From NCBI RefSeq assembly GCF_006345805.1, contig NC_043010.1, positions 51,460,001 to 51,524,000 of the forward strand: a stretch of 64,000 nt of DNA, written 5' to 3'. The notes under the pieces are model-generated. The model was not told the DNA's origin and ran no database searches. It saw only the letters and a program-made list of their open reading frames with translations. This document shows positions 1-12,368 of the stretch, one piece after another. The first letter of the stretch is position 1, and every line of letters begins with the position of its first letter. This DNA comes from Octopus sinensis (taxonomy: Eukaryota). The translations under genes were made by a program, and so were the position numbers.

Positions 1-464
1 ACAATGTGTTTCCATCTTTCCTTTAACTAGAAAATACCCTCTTCCCAGAATTGAGGTGGTTTCATGGCAAAGAATTCATCAAGGTATCTTTTTACATCAT
101 CGAAGGAATTGAAATTTTTACCATTAAGACTATTTTGCAGAGACCTGAATAAGTGAAAATCCGAAGGAGCAATATCTGGTGAATATGGAGGGTGGGGTAA
201 CACATCCCACCTGAGCTGCAGCAATTTTTGTCTGGTTCCCAAAGCATCAAGTGCCGAAAATGAACTTTCTTATCTTCCATTTTAAAGGGTTACAGAATTA
301 ACACAGGATATAGGAACATAAATCTTCTTCCATGAAATGACAGCTTAAACTGTGCTCTAAATGGAGGTGTAGTCAAATCCTATTTTATTGACTCAACTAT
401 GTTCTAAATTAAATCGAAAGGTAAGCTACTATAAATTGGTACAAACTTTCCGGACAACTCAATA
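1..464 (-). mobile_element. Internally deleted mariner (mellifera-subfamily-like) transposon
   Basis: N-terminus MEDKKVHFRHLML (ATG at 280) abuts the C-terminal catalytic region HPPYSPDIAPSDFHLF. The 5' end TA-TTGAGTTGTCCGGAAAG at ~437-464 looks like a TIR plus TA target. Confidence 0.85.
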
Positions 465-1415
465 GAATGCAGACATTTGACATAGTTTAATTTAATTTTA
501 CTTGCTTCAGTCTACTTAGCCAGTGAAAACATTGGGTATCAAGTACCAACTATCTATGAGAGAACTTTGTCATTTATCAACCTAGTGTTGCTGCTGTGCA
601 CACTGGGACAACTCATCAATGCTGGATGGAAGCTTAGAGTTTCTGGAAACACTGCTTACCCGCTATCACATACAGTTCTACAAGAGTACAACGATATCCA
701 AATTTGGTGTTTCTGTCACAAAGCAACCTATGCATTGATCTCAGAAATGAATATGAAGAGAGGAAGATGTCTCATTTTCAGTTTTCACAACAGAAATAAT
801 CGTAAGATAAATACACATATATATAGTCTTGTTACAACTTCTGATAGATTTTATTCAGCTTTCAAGTTCAAATAGATGAAATGATCTTACCAGCAGACAA
901 CCTAATAAAGAGTCAAGCAACACAATCCTTCAATTGAACAGACAATAGTGGAGATCTCTCTTTTCACATACCTACAGATGTCAGCAATCATGGACTTCCA
1001 TGCCAAAGTCTGAAGAGTCACAAGTTTACCTTGGCTAACGTACAGCAGCGGTCTCATGTTACTTTCTATCAGTTTATTTAGTTTATTTTGCTGGTCTGCT
1101 GACCCTGAAACTTACCGCCGAGGCACAGGGTCTATTTGATCCTAAAGCAGAGGGACTGGTTCACATGACAGCATGATATGTCCACACACAAGTGAGCTTG
1201 TGCAACATGTATAAGGAACCTCAAAGCCATGTGTATTTGAGCCACAGGATTATCTTCAGTAATTCAACCCATAACAAGAGCTCTTGACAGGTACAAGCAC
1301 CCCAAGCCAGAGCTGACCTGGAAGGTAACTATACCCTCCTAAACTCCTGACCTCCCAAGCTGGGGCCTCAACACAGGATGCAGCTTAATGTCTTGCCCTA
1401 GACAATACTGTAGAT

Positions 1416-1612
1416 CAGTGGTTTTCAACCAGGGTTCCGTGGAACCTTAGGGTTCCGCAAGAAGTTACAAAACTGCTAAAATCGGCAGTAATTTTTAATT
1501 CTCCTGTGCAGATATGTGTGCATAAGACTATTAAATTATTGCACACGGGTTCCTCGAGCCAGTGGAATGTTTCTTTGGGGTTCCGCTCCAGTAAAAAGGT
1601 TGAAAAGCACTG
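1416..1612. mobile_element. hAT (Charlie-like) MITE
   Basis: TIRs CAGTGGTTTTCAACC / GGTTGAAAAGCACTG; perfect 8-bp TSD CTGTAGAT at 1408-1415 and 1613-1620. Confidence 0.9.
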
Positions 1613-1879
1613 CTGTAGATACTCAATCATTTATTCTCTTTCACTTGTCATGGAACAGCTTCAAGTCAAGCAAACATAAATAAAAGTGCTTTGGGACTGG
1701 ACCACAGTTGAAGTGAACAGACATCACAGCAAATGTCCATGCTATATGTTTCACCATACTGATTTTAGAGATGTACTGCATTGCTATAATCAGAGTATAT
1801 TTTTCTGTCTTTTACTAGATTGCATAAGCATTGACTTAGTGTAATATATATAGAACACATAAATTCCATTTCCAGATTA

Positions 1880-2194
1880 AAGGGTAAAGAGCCCCTTCAG
1901 TCATGAATGACCATAGGATTACACTTAGAAAGTTACCCTCCAATGCCTAAGTCCAGGCAAGGTTGTTTATGGAAGACCAGCAGCCTCCCTCCACTAATGT
2001 TATCCAAGGGAAAGGCAAAGGCTGATACAGCTTGGCACCAGTGACATTGCAACTCATTTCTACATCTCAGTGAACTGGAACAACATGAAATAAAGTGTCT
2101 TCTTCAAGAACACAACACACAACCTGGTTTGAGAATCAAACTCACTACCTCATGATTGTAAGCCCGACACTAACCACTGAACCATGTGCCTTCA
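1880..2194 (-). mobile_element. tRNA-derived SINE, family C
   Basis: Head GTGAAGGCACATGGTTCAGTGGTTAG... with A/B boxes on the minus strand. Near-collinear copy at 4598-4913. Confidence 0.75.
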
Positions 2195-2254
2195 CAGTTC
2201 CAGATTTTCAACAAAATATCTTCAAGTCAGTAAGTCTAAGTGCCGTTGCTAGCT

Positions 2255-2642
2255 TTCCTTTCATTTGTTTCAGTCATTAGATTGCAGTTATGCTAGGCCA
2301 TTAACCTCGAAGGGTTTCATCAAATATATAGACCCAAATATTTATTCTTTTTTTTTTTAAGCCTTGTAATTAACCTATCGGTCTCTTTTTACCAAACTGC
2401 TAAATAACCGGGAAATAAACACACCAACACCAGTTATCAAGCTATGATGGTAGACAAACACAAAGACACGCACACACATACAGACGTTTGTGTGTGTGTG
2501 TGTGTGTGTATGTATGTACAGGCTTCTTTCAATTTCTGTCTACCAAATCCACTCATAGGATTTTGTTGGCTCAGAGGTATAAAACTTACCCAAGGTGCCA
2601 CATAGAGAGACTGAACCCAGAGCAATGTGGCCAAGAAGCAAC
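2255..2642 (-). mobile_element. tRNA-derived SINE, family A (diverged)
   Basis: Reverse-complement similarity to the 9297-9703 copy. Confidence 0.7.
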
Positions 2643-2729
2643 TTACCTCGTTTTTGTATGGATATAACAAACTTAAAAGAATAGGATGCAAATAAGACAT
2701 TAAAAAAAAGGGGACATGATCTGAGATAC

Positions 2730-2787
2730 CTTTGCACTTGGTTCTCCACTTCCTTTTAATGGTTCCATTTTGTCACTTTTGCCATCC
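2730..2787 (-). CDS. YLPM1: Probable small coding exon 5 of YLPM1
   Basis: Acceptor atttcttttag|G is compatible with phase 2. Open frame (L)DGKSDKMEPLKGSGEPSAK; donor AAG|GTATCT (phase 0). No homology support. Confidence 0.6.
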
Positions 2788-3334
2788 CTAAAAGAAATGC
2801 AAAAAATTTACTGAAGTTAAATATTCTTTATTTAATGTCAATATTAAACATATAGGACAGGCAAAATATGTATTTGAAAATGTCAATTATTCATTAAAAT
2901 GATTAAAACAAAAGCAACTGCTAAAGCTTAATGTGAAAGAATATGTTATTCACACATCAATTTACCAATGTTCACACACCTGAGACTGTTTTATCTATAA
3001 GAGAATGTGATTTTACATTGAGCCGCCCTTTCTACCATTAGCCACTCAACAGTGAAAAATGTTTTTATTGAACCAGGAAAATTATAATAAGAGTTACATG
3101 GCTTTATCAGAAGTATGATATAATGGCATTCATAAGATCTAAACTTATGAATATATAATCCAACACCTTAACCTCAAATTTGTTTCGTATGTTGTTTAGG
3201 CTGCCCCACCGAAAAACTTTATTTGTCCATCATTAAACCACCAGGTCCTCTTCTTGCAGAGCCTACTGCCATCATATACTTATTTTCAGCAGCCAGCAAG
3301 TCCATCTTTGCATCATGATTTTTTAGAAAATCTG

Positions 3335-3640
3335 AATCTTTTCGCTTTGACCAGCAGAGTTTTAAAATAATTTCTTTGTAACTAAACACTTTTAAACTTC
3401 GTATACTGGTAGAATGTGTTTATAAAACATCTTTTTCTCTTGGCTTTCTTGAGAAAATTCTGTAGTTTGTAAGCTATTTGTTGTTTAATTTCTTGCATTT
3501 CAGCAATTTCAACCAATCAACGACATCTATTGAGGTGAAAACAATTTCTCCGAATCTATGTCAACAACAATTATTTGCGGTGTCATATGAATTTGTCACT
3601 GTTATTAATGAGAAAAAAGATACCCTGTGGCCATAAACTG
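3335..3640. mobile_element. Single arm of a foldback element related to 11113-11832
   Basis: aatctttttcgctttgaccagcagagttttaaaataat...gtaactaaacacttttaaacttcgtatactggtagaatgtgt matches the TIR at 11113 onward. Confidence 0.7.
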
Positions 3641-4597
3641 AGGGATCACTCATAAACACAGCTGGATAACAAAACCGTTCTGTCTTTAGTGTCCACCCAT
3701 AATTACCACTGCACATACTATTCATGTACAACCCCAAAAAATAACAAATTATGCTTCAGTGTCAGAAAGAGCATATGTGTGAATGAAACTGTATGAGCAG
3801 GGAGAGAGTGAAATGACTCTGAAACCTTTAAAGTAAAGGACTTTTGGGCATGAATGGATACACTTTGCCTCTAATAGTATTTTAAATGAAGGGCTGATTA
3901 TGTATGTAAGAGTGTATGTGTGTGTGTGTGCATGTACATATATATAGGTGTATCATCATCATTTAACATCTGATCTCTGTGATGCTGCCATGGGTTGGAT
4001 AGCTTGGCAGGAACTGGCAAGTTGGAGGGGTGCACCAGTCATCTGTTTTGGCATGGTTTTTATGGCTGGATGCCCTCCCTAATACCAACAACTTCACAGG
4101 GTGTACTGTACTGGGTGCTTTGTATGTAGCACCAGCACAGGTGTTATCTACATGGCACTGGCACTATATATCACTGTTGTCAAAAGTTTAACATACACTG
4201 CATGCTTAGACATGCTGGATGTTACTGAAGCAGGTCCTTTACAGCCAGATGACCTTCTTGATGCCAAATTTCACCTGTTTCTAAGAAACATAACCAAGGT
4301 AATATTTTCTCATGGCCAGGAATGTTTTTGGAGAATACTGGAAATGGATGACATTCACTTTCAACAATCGTGTGTGTGTTCTAAGAATTGACCCCACTTC
4401 AGCTGTAGTAACATTTGTCCCTCCAAAAACAACATGAAAATCCATGCAATGAAGTACCTTCCTTGAATAAAAGCAAATAAAAACTGGCAACAAGAAAGTA
4501 TCTGGCCATAAGAATACTGCCTCAAGACTTCTTGCCCACCCATGCCAGCATAGTAAAAGCAAGTGTAATGATGATGAGGGAAAAACTGGCCAAATAA

Positions 4598-4913
4598 AAG
4601 GTAAAGACCACCTTCGGTCATGAATGACAATGGGATTGCACCTAGTAAATTCTCTTCAAAGGCACAAGTTTGGGAAAGGTTGTTTATGGAAGACCAGTAG
4701 TCGCCTATGCACCACTGATATTATCCAAGAGAGAGGCAAAGGCTGATGCAGCTTGGCACCAGTGACATTGCAACTCATTTCTATAGCTGAGGGAACTGGA
4801 GCAATGTGAAATAAAGTGCCTTGCTCAAGAACACACAGCCTGGTCTGGGAATCGAACTCACTACCTCATGATTGTAAGCCTGATGCTCTAACCACTGAGC
4901 CATGTGCCTTCAC
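4598..4913 (-). mobile_element. tRNA-derived SINE, family C
   Basis: GTGAAGGCACATGGCTCAGTGGTTAGAGC...GAGTTCGATTCCC head; homologous to 1880-2194. Confidence 0.8.
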
Positions 4914-5092
4914 AAAAAAAGTTCCCAGAAGGCAGCAATGGGACCGTACCCCTCAGATAATGGCCAAATGCTCTAACCATTAAGCTAACTCAAGGATATT
5001 ACAATATACAAAAAAAAAATTTTTTTTACAACAGCACAAAAACAGAAAACAACAAAATTAAGCCAAAAGATCTAAAAAAGAAACCAACTTAC

Positions 5093-6968
5093 AGAGATCT
5101 GTTGGGCATAGGCTGATTCTTGGCTATGCCAGAATTTTCTTGGGCCCAGGCTGAATTATCTCGAGGAGGAAAGCAGCCAAACTGATTTTCAGAAGATTGC
5201 CTATTAGGCGAAGGCTCTCTCCTCCTCTGTGATGTGAACCCGTATGGCTCGACATTTTCCATTTCACGGGGTCCCATCCTATTGTCACCAGGATCCAACA
5301 TTGGCCTGTTTTGGTTTGGAGGTCCACGTGGGGGTCCCTGATTAAACCCTGGGCCAAAAGGTGGGCCCTGATTGAAACGGGGCCCACCTCTTGGTCCTTG
5401 GTTGAAATTAAAACCTGGAGGTCCTCGTCCAAAACCACGGTCGTCTGGAGGTGGACCGCGGGGAAAACCTGGAAATTGAGGGTTCTGATTGGGTCCTTGG
5501 GTACGCATATCAGAGTCCATGAAACTATAATTTTTATTCATTCCTTGCCTTTCAACATTATGATCAGACTCTTCGTTACGCATGCCATATCGACCCCCTT
5601 GGCCTGGGCCCATGGGAAACTGAGATCCTTCAAACTGGTTTCTTGAGCTGTCAAAGCGATTCGGTCCACCAAATCTGTTGTTATTGGCACCAGGAGGTCC
5701 AATATCCATGCTTGTATCCTTGTCTTTATTAAAGTCCTGGCTGCTGAAATTACTCTGAGTAGGGTCTTTGGGAGTGTCAACACTAGGTGTTTTTGCATTG
5801 TCTTTAACAGGGGATTTTGACTCTTCTGCACCTTTGCCAGTCTGACCACCACCACCACCAGTGGCTTTAGGGGCTTGTTGTTTACTGTCTGCCTCAATGT
5901 TCCCCCCTCTTGCTCCACCTCCTACCCCAACACCTCCTTTTACTGCTTCATTTCCTCCTCCTTTTACATTATCACTACCTGCCCCTAATGCCACTCCAGG
6001 CCCCCCCTTTGTCCCATCAGTCCCTACTCCCAGTAACCCTCTGGGACTAGCCTCTCCTGCCTTCCCAGGACCTGCTACACGCCCTGCCCCAGGACTAGCC
6101 TCTCCTGCCTTCCCACCACCTACTCCACGCCCTGCTCCGGGACTGGCTCCTGCTGCAGCCATCCCAGCACCTACACCTCGCCCTACCCCCGAACTGGCCC
6201 CTCCTCCTCCTCTTCCTACTCCTGTACCACCTCCTCCTGTCAATCCAGCACCTATTCCTCCTCCTGTGCCTACACCTCCTGCTGCCCCTGCACCTACTCC
6301 TACCCCACCCCCTAATCCTCCAGCTATCCCAGCACCTACATTTCGTCCTACCCCAGTATTGCCAACCCCTACTGCACCACTAACTCCTCCTCGTCCTGCC
6401 CAAGAACCCCCTCCTCCTCCCCCTAAAATCCCAACCCCTCGTCCCCAACCACCAACCCCTCCTCCTGCTGCACCACCACTTCCTAAAATCCCAGGGCCGC
6501 CTCCTCCATTTCCTAAAATCCCAGGGCCTCCTCCTCCTCCACTTCCTAAAATCCCAGGGCCTCCTCCTCCGCTTCCTAAAATCCCAGCACCAGTACCTCT
6601 TACCATCCCTGCACCTCCTCCGCTTCCTGCTGCTCCTAAAATTCCTGCACGCCCTCCTCCTCCTCCACCACCACCTCCTCCTCCTCCTCCAGGCCATGCA
6701 CCTCCTCCAGCAGTTCCACCACCAATTCCAACTCTACCTCCCATGCCACCGCCCTGGAAGTTTTGGTTGGACTTAAGATACTGGGCATCTCTGTTACTGG
6801 TGAAAGAGGTGTCAAATCTCTGAGGAGTATTCTGGAAGTTTGAATTGCCCCTGTTAAGTTCAATCTGGTGCTTCCGGTTCTGTATATCTCTCCTCTTCAT
6901 TGCCATTTTGGCTTCAATTTCGAGAAACTGATTTTCATACTGCTTGAATTGTTGTCGATCTGGGTGAT
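5093..6968 (-). CDS. YLPM1: YLPM1 orthologue, large coding exon 4 (Gly/Arg- and GPP-rich low complexity)
   Basis: Acceptor ttctgtccgcag|AT (phase 1) gives DHPDRQQFKQYENQF, cf. YLPM1 'YPHKDQLQEYEKQW'. 1876 bp open frame; donor CT|GTAAGT (phase 2). Confidence 0.85.
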
Positions 6969-7056
6969 CTGCGGACAGAAAAAAGATCATTTTAAATTCA
7001 AATTTAAAAAAAAAAAGCGGGGGTGGTGGTAAAAATAGACTATCAGACAAAATACC

Positions 7057-7289
7057 TATTTCTTTACTACCCACAAGGGGCTAAACACAGAGGGGACGAA
7101 CAAGGACAGACAAACGGATTAAGTCGATTATATCGACTCCAGTGCGTAACTGGTACTTATTTAATCAACCCCGAAAGGATGAAAGGCAAAGTCGACCTTG
7201 GCGGAATTTGAACTCAGAATGTAACGGCAGACGAAATACTGATAAGCATTTCGTCCGGCGTGCTAACATTTCTGCCAGCTCGCCACCTT
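7057..7289 (-). mobile_element. tRNA-derived SINE, family B (Nin/Deu-like central domain)
   Basis: Head AAGGTGGCGAGCTGGCAGAA; core GTCGACTTTGCCTTTCATCCTTTCGGGGT; tail GCCCCTTGTGGGTAGTAAAGAAATA. Several other copies in the window. Confidence 0.8.
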
Positions 7290-8524
7290 ATCAGACAAAA
7301 TAATTTGCTGTATTTACTTACATCCTGTAAAATTCAAAGGGGTTCTAATCCTGCCCAGGTTCTGAAGTTGATGAAATAAGTACAGCTAGTATGTGATAGT
7401 TGATGTAATACCACTATGAACTGAGCCATGTTCCTTAACCTGTGTAAACACCCTTGGGAATATGGGTGCTGTTAGCACACAAGGGGGCAGGATAGCTAAG
7501 GGTGTTACTGGGAACATAGAGGGCTAGGCATGTATTTTCCTTCTGTTTTTTTAATATATTTAAACTCCTCTTCTTTCACAGCTGCATCAAGCTGGTCATC
7601 CAGGTTATAGCCTAAATCTGTTCCTACCCATCTCCTCTACCCATGTTCACTCACGGCATTCCCCTCCACATCCACCCCTACTCCCCTTTTGCTCTCTTTC
7701 AAACTCACTCTAACTAAATTTTCTGTTATACTTCACTTACATATCCCTCCACGAAACTTGAGGATACACCCTGTGACATCTCTCTTTTTTTCCACCTGGG
7801 GTACTTATGTATCTCAATACTACTTTCCACTCATTCAAAGGGTACTTCTCCTGCAAGTTACTTGCTGACCTTGCTGGTGCCGTATTAAAAGCACTCTATA
7901 CAATCTGTAAAGTTGCTGGTGTTAGGAAGGGCATCCAGCCATAGAAACCATGCCAAAGTAGACAGTGGATCTTGGTACAGTCCCCTGGCTTGCCAGCTCC
8001 TGTCAAACCATCCAACTCATGCTAACAGGGAAAGCTGATGTTAAAAGGATGGTGATGATCATCATTATAATGAACTCTAGCAAAATCTGCATTTTTTTTA
8101 ATGCATTTTCAAAAAGAAAAAAAAGGGAATTTGCTGAGGTCAGAATATGAATGGGACGACATTGTGTAATCAGTGGACAGAAAGATGACTGGTGAGGTTC
8201 CAATATCATCAGTACCACCATCATCATCATCATTGCATCTGCAAGAAAACTGGAAAATCAGTAGTTTACAATCTAAGCCCCTTGAGATATTTGCTCTGGA
8301 CTGAGTTGCAAACACACCACACCTGCTATTAGAAATCCAATGAACAAGGGATTAGTTGTTACTGTACTCAGTTCTATAAGCTGCAAACTATAACTAGTAC
8401 GGCTTTGATTGTCTAACAAGTGATCAGCAGAAACTTTATATGACTGAGTTGGATTGCTACTTATTAATAAATTCAGCTTTATCTTCAGACACTCTAAAAA
8501 AAAACCCACAAAAAACACGATAAC

Positions 8525-8838
8525 TATCATCATCATCATCATCATTTAACGTCCGCTTTCCATGCTAGCATGGGTTGGACGGTTCAACTGGGGTCTGGGG
8601 AGCCCGAAGGCTGCACCAGGCTAGTCAGATCTGGCAGTGTTTCTACAGCTGGATGCCCTTCCTAACGCCAACCACTCCGAGAGTGTAGTGGGTGATTTTA
8701 TGTGCCACCGACACAGGTGCCAGACGAGGCTGGCAAACGGCCACGCTCGGATGGTGTTTTTTATGTGCCACCGACACAGGTGCCAGACGAGGCTGGCAGA
8801 CAGCCACGCTCGGATGGTGTTTTTATGTGCCACCGACA
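8525..8838 (-). mobile_element. 3' end of an RTE-type LINE with ~62-bp tandem repeats and (GAT)n tail
   Basis: Same 3' sequence as the RT-linked copies at 42843-43720 and 48930-49470. Confidence 0.75.
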
Positions 8839-8988
8839 ATGAACAAATTATCTCATCCATAAAGCATCAGGGATGGAAAATTAATATATTAGGATGTAAT
8901 ATTTATCTCCACTTAAATGTAGAATTACCATCAGAGACAGGAGATGGAATGAAAAGAGGAGAGCGAGAGAAGCACTAGACTGACTTAC

Positions 8989-9135
8989 CTTTGTTTTGAA
9001 TCCGCCACTCATCGTACTGTTTCTTCCAGTCATTGTACTGACGCTCAAACTCCTCCTCTTCTTTCACAACTGCATGAAGCTGGTCATCCTGGTTATAACC
9101 AGAATCCATCTTGTATGGTGTAACTCCAGCAAAAT
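8989..9135 (-). CDS. YLPM1: YLPM1 orthologue, coding exon 3 (not in the ORF track)
   Basis: Acceptor ttttgacag|, donor G|GTAAGT; 147 bp, phase 1 to 1. Translates DFAGVTPYKMDSGYNQDDQLHAVVKEEEEFERQYNDWKKQYDEWRIQNK, resembling the YLPM1 'FQHLYQEWEREFQLWEEQL' coiled segment. Confidence 0.85.
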
Positions 9136-9296
9136 CTGTCAAAAGAAAATCATTTATTTATGTAAATATATATTATAGTGAGAGAAGGTAGGGGGGTCAA
9201 AGAAGTTCAAGCAACTAGTTCAATGATTACTCCATGTGAAAAAACCTGGCTAAGAGAACGTTAAGGAAGGAAAACCAGAAACCATACTCATTTAAT

Positions 9297-9703
9297 AGGC
9301 GCAGGAGTGGCTGTGTGGTAAGTAGCTTGCTAACCAACCACATGGTTCCGGGTTCAGTCCCACTGCGTGACATCTTGGGCAAGTGTCTTCTGCTATAGCC
9401 CCGGACCGACCAATGCCTTGTGAGTGGATTTGGTAGACGGAAACTGAAAGAAGCCTGTCGTATATGTATATATATATGTATGTGTGTGTGTGTTTCTGTG
9501 TTTGTCCCCATAGCATTGCTTGACAACCGATGCTGGTGTGTTTACGTCCCCGTCACTTAGCGGTTCGGCAAAAGAGACCGATAGAATAAGTACTGGGCTT
9601 ACAAAGAATAAGTCCCGGGGTCGATTTGCTCGACTAAAGGCGGTGCTCCAGCATGGCCGCAGTCAAATGACTGAAACAAATAAAAGAGTAAAAGAGTAAA
9701 GAG
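9297..9703 (+). mobile_element. tRNA-derived SINE, family A (near full length)
   Basis: A box TGGCTGTGTGGT; B box GGTTCAGTCC; CORE-like CTTGGGCAAGTGTCTT; internal (TA/TG)n; LINE-like tail and (AAAGAGT)n end. Confidence 0.85.
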
Positions 9704-10477
9704 ATATTCCATACAAACTGTAAATCCTAGAAAATTCGTCAATCAGTTGTTATAGCAACCTCAAATAAAGTTATATACCATCATCTTTATTCCTTTCTGT
9801 TTCATTATGCACACACACACACTAGCAGGCTTCCACATAGTTTCCATCTACCAAATTCACTCACAAGGAATTGGCTGACTCAGGGCTTCAGTAGAAGACA
9901 CATACCCAAGGTGCTGTGCAGTGGGGCCAAACCTGAAACCACATGGTTGCAAAGCAAACTTCTAAACCACACACCTTGTACACATACCTGTACCTGCATA
10001 ATCCCTTTTGCATCTGCTTTCCATGCTGGCATGTGTTGAACAGGTTATCATGATCTTAATATATTTGTTACTGGGAGCTGTCTTTCATAGACTGGTGCAT
10101 GTATATCATTTTGGTTTGGTTTCTGTGAGTGGATGCCCTTTTCATTAACAACTTGACAGAGGGTACTGGGTGCATTTTATCATGGCATCAGTACAAAAGA
10201 GGTTAATATGTCTTCAGTGAGAGAGGACTAAAGGAACCTCACAACCCTATGCTTTCTGACTTCACCTGCCATCCACTTTACAGTGAATACTAGGTACATT
10301 TTCCAACCACTCACACTAAGGAAGGTTGTCAAGACCTTAGTGAAACAAACTTAAGGCACCTTTCAATCCTACTTAACTTCTGCTCACTCACCAATCACTC
10401 TGTTGGGTGCACAGGTAGGAGTAGGCACCAGCACAGGTGAGAGGGTACTCTTATCTTTATACACTGAAAGTACATAT

Positions 10478-10800
10478 ATCTTTTATCTTTTACTTGTTTC
10501 AGCCATTGGACTGTGGCCAAGCCAGGGTGCTGCTTTGAAGGGTTTAGGTTGAAATCAACCCCAGTACTTATTTTTCAAAATCTGGTACTTACTCTATTGG
10601 TCTCTTTTGCCAAACCATTAAGTTGCAGGGACATGAACAAATCGACACTGGTTGTCAAGCAGTGGAAGTGGAGGGGACAAACACACAAAAGGACACGTGT
10701 TTCTACACAATTTCCATCTCCGAAATTCACTCACAAGATGCCATGCAACAGACTGAATCTGAAACCACGCAGCTGCAAAGCAAGCTTCATAACCACAACA
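10478..10800 (-). mobile_element. SINE family A, diverged
   Basis: Reverse-complement similarity to 9297-9703. Confidence 0.65.
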
Positions 10801-11112
10801 GCAGCCACCACCACCATCATCGTTTTAAATTTGTCTTCCGTGCTGGCATGGGTTGGAGAGCTTGACAGCAGCTGGTCAACCAAAGAAGAAGAGGCAGAGG
10901 TTTGACGGTTTGACAGGAGCTAGCCAACCAGAAGCTGTGCAGACTCCAATTGTCTGTTGTGACATGGTTTCTATGGCTGGATGCCCTTCCTAATGCCAAC
11001 CACTTTACAAAGCCAATGATTATATATTTAATTGTCATGCCTAGAATGATAATTTACCAACAAACAAAAGGTTAATATATTCTAAACATTGAAAGTCTTC
11101 TTAACATAATAC

Positions 11113-11832
11113 AGATCTTTACCTTTTGACCAACAGATTTTAAAAAATAATTTTTTGTAACTAAACACTTTCAAACTTCGTATACTTGTAGAATGTGTCA
11201 CATAAAAGATCCTTTACTCTTGGCATTGTTGAGAAAATTCTGTATTTTGGAAGTTATTTTTTGTTAAAGTTGTCGTATTTCGGTAATTTCAACCAATCAT
11301 TGACGTGTATTCAGTTGAATAAAATTACTGCCATTGTTTGTCAAAAACTTCCGGCGCTGTATATTTCGCTTATCACTATTATTTGTGATATCGTTCGTGT
11401 GTTTGTACTGGTTTTAGCTTTAGCGGGTTAGGGTTTTAGGGTTAGAGTTATGGAAAAAAATGAAAAATGAAGCACGAACGATTATGGTGGTGCCATGAAG
11501 TAAACATGCTTCAGATACACTCGTTTATTCATACAAACGTAACTGAGATTAAATATGTCATAAATAACAGTGACAAATGAAACATACAGCACCGGAAGTT
11601 GTTGACAAACAACAGCAGTAATTTTATTCAGCTGAATACACGTCAATGACTGGTTGAAATTACCGAAATACGACAACTTTAACAAAAAATAACTTTCAAA
11701 ATACAGAATTTTCTCAACGATGCCAAAAGTAAAAGATGTTTTATGTGACACATTCTACCTGTATACAAAGTTTGAAAGTGTTTAGTTACAAAAAATTATT
11801 TTTTAAATCTGTCGGTCAAAAGGTAAAGATCC
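11113..11832. mobile_element. Foldback MITE with ~280-bp TIRs (Merlin/MULE/hAT-like)
   Basis: Arms start GATCTTTACCTTTTGACC and end GGTCAAAAGGTAAAGATC. Flanked by CATAATAC / CATAATGC (8-bp TSD with one mismatch). Confidence 0.85.
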
Positions 11833-11866
11833 CATAATGCAAAGAAATAATCAGAGAAGTAAATAC

Positions 11867-12368
11867 CTTTATCTTTTGGAGCTGTAGGTTTGTTCCAGAC
11901 TGGAGCAGGTTTAGTTGCTACCTTCTCAGCAGCTGTGTTAGAAGGTACTGATCCTGATGTTATTGTCGCCGCGGCTACAATCGATGCTGCTGTTGCTGTC
12001 ACTGATGCAGGAGTGTTTGACTGAACTGTAGCCGACACAGGTATGCTTGACTGAACTGTCGATCGGGGAGCCACACTGGGTATAGGAGGTGGCTTCGTAT
12101 GCTGAGGGAGAGTGGGTACTGTGACTGGAGGTAGCGGAGGATGGGACGGAGGCAGTGCAGCCATCAGGTCAGCAGCCGGTGGTGTCATGTATTGGGCAGC
12201 AGCCAGCCACATCTGGTGAAACTGCTGCTGCTGTTGGAGCTGAAACTGCAACTGCTGCTGAGCTGCTGCATCATCAATCTGTTTTTTCTGCTGCTGCCAC
12301 TGGGCAGCTTGCTGCTTTAGTTTCTCCATTCTTCGTTCCTCTTCTGGGTTTTTAGCAGTCAGTTTTTG
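11867..12368 (-). CDS. YLPM1: YLPM1 orthologue, coding exon 2
   Basis: Acceptor tttttgcag|CAA (phase 0, matches exon 1). Encodes QKLTAKNPEEERRMEKLKQQAAQWQQQ plus Gln/Pro/Ala-rich sequence. Donor AAAG|GTATTT (phase 1). Confidence 0.85.

Noticed and set aside
4850-4913. tRNA genes at SINE heads
   Set aside because: They are attached to SINE bodies and lack proper acceptor stems.
5861-6823. 320-aa Pro-rich + strand ORF
   Set aside because: Antisense shadow of the Gly-rich YLPM1 exon; the splice signals and homology are on the minus strand.
11427-11450. Telomeric repeat
   Set aside because: Only a few degenerate TTAGGG units, inside a MITE spacer.
11195-11751. Two similar ORFs on opposite strands (MSHK.SFT.GIVEKILYF)
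   Set aside because: Artefact of the inverted arms of the foldback element.
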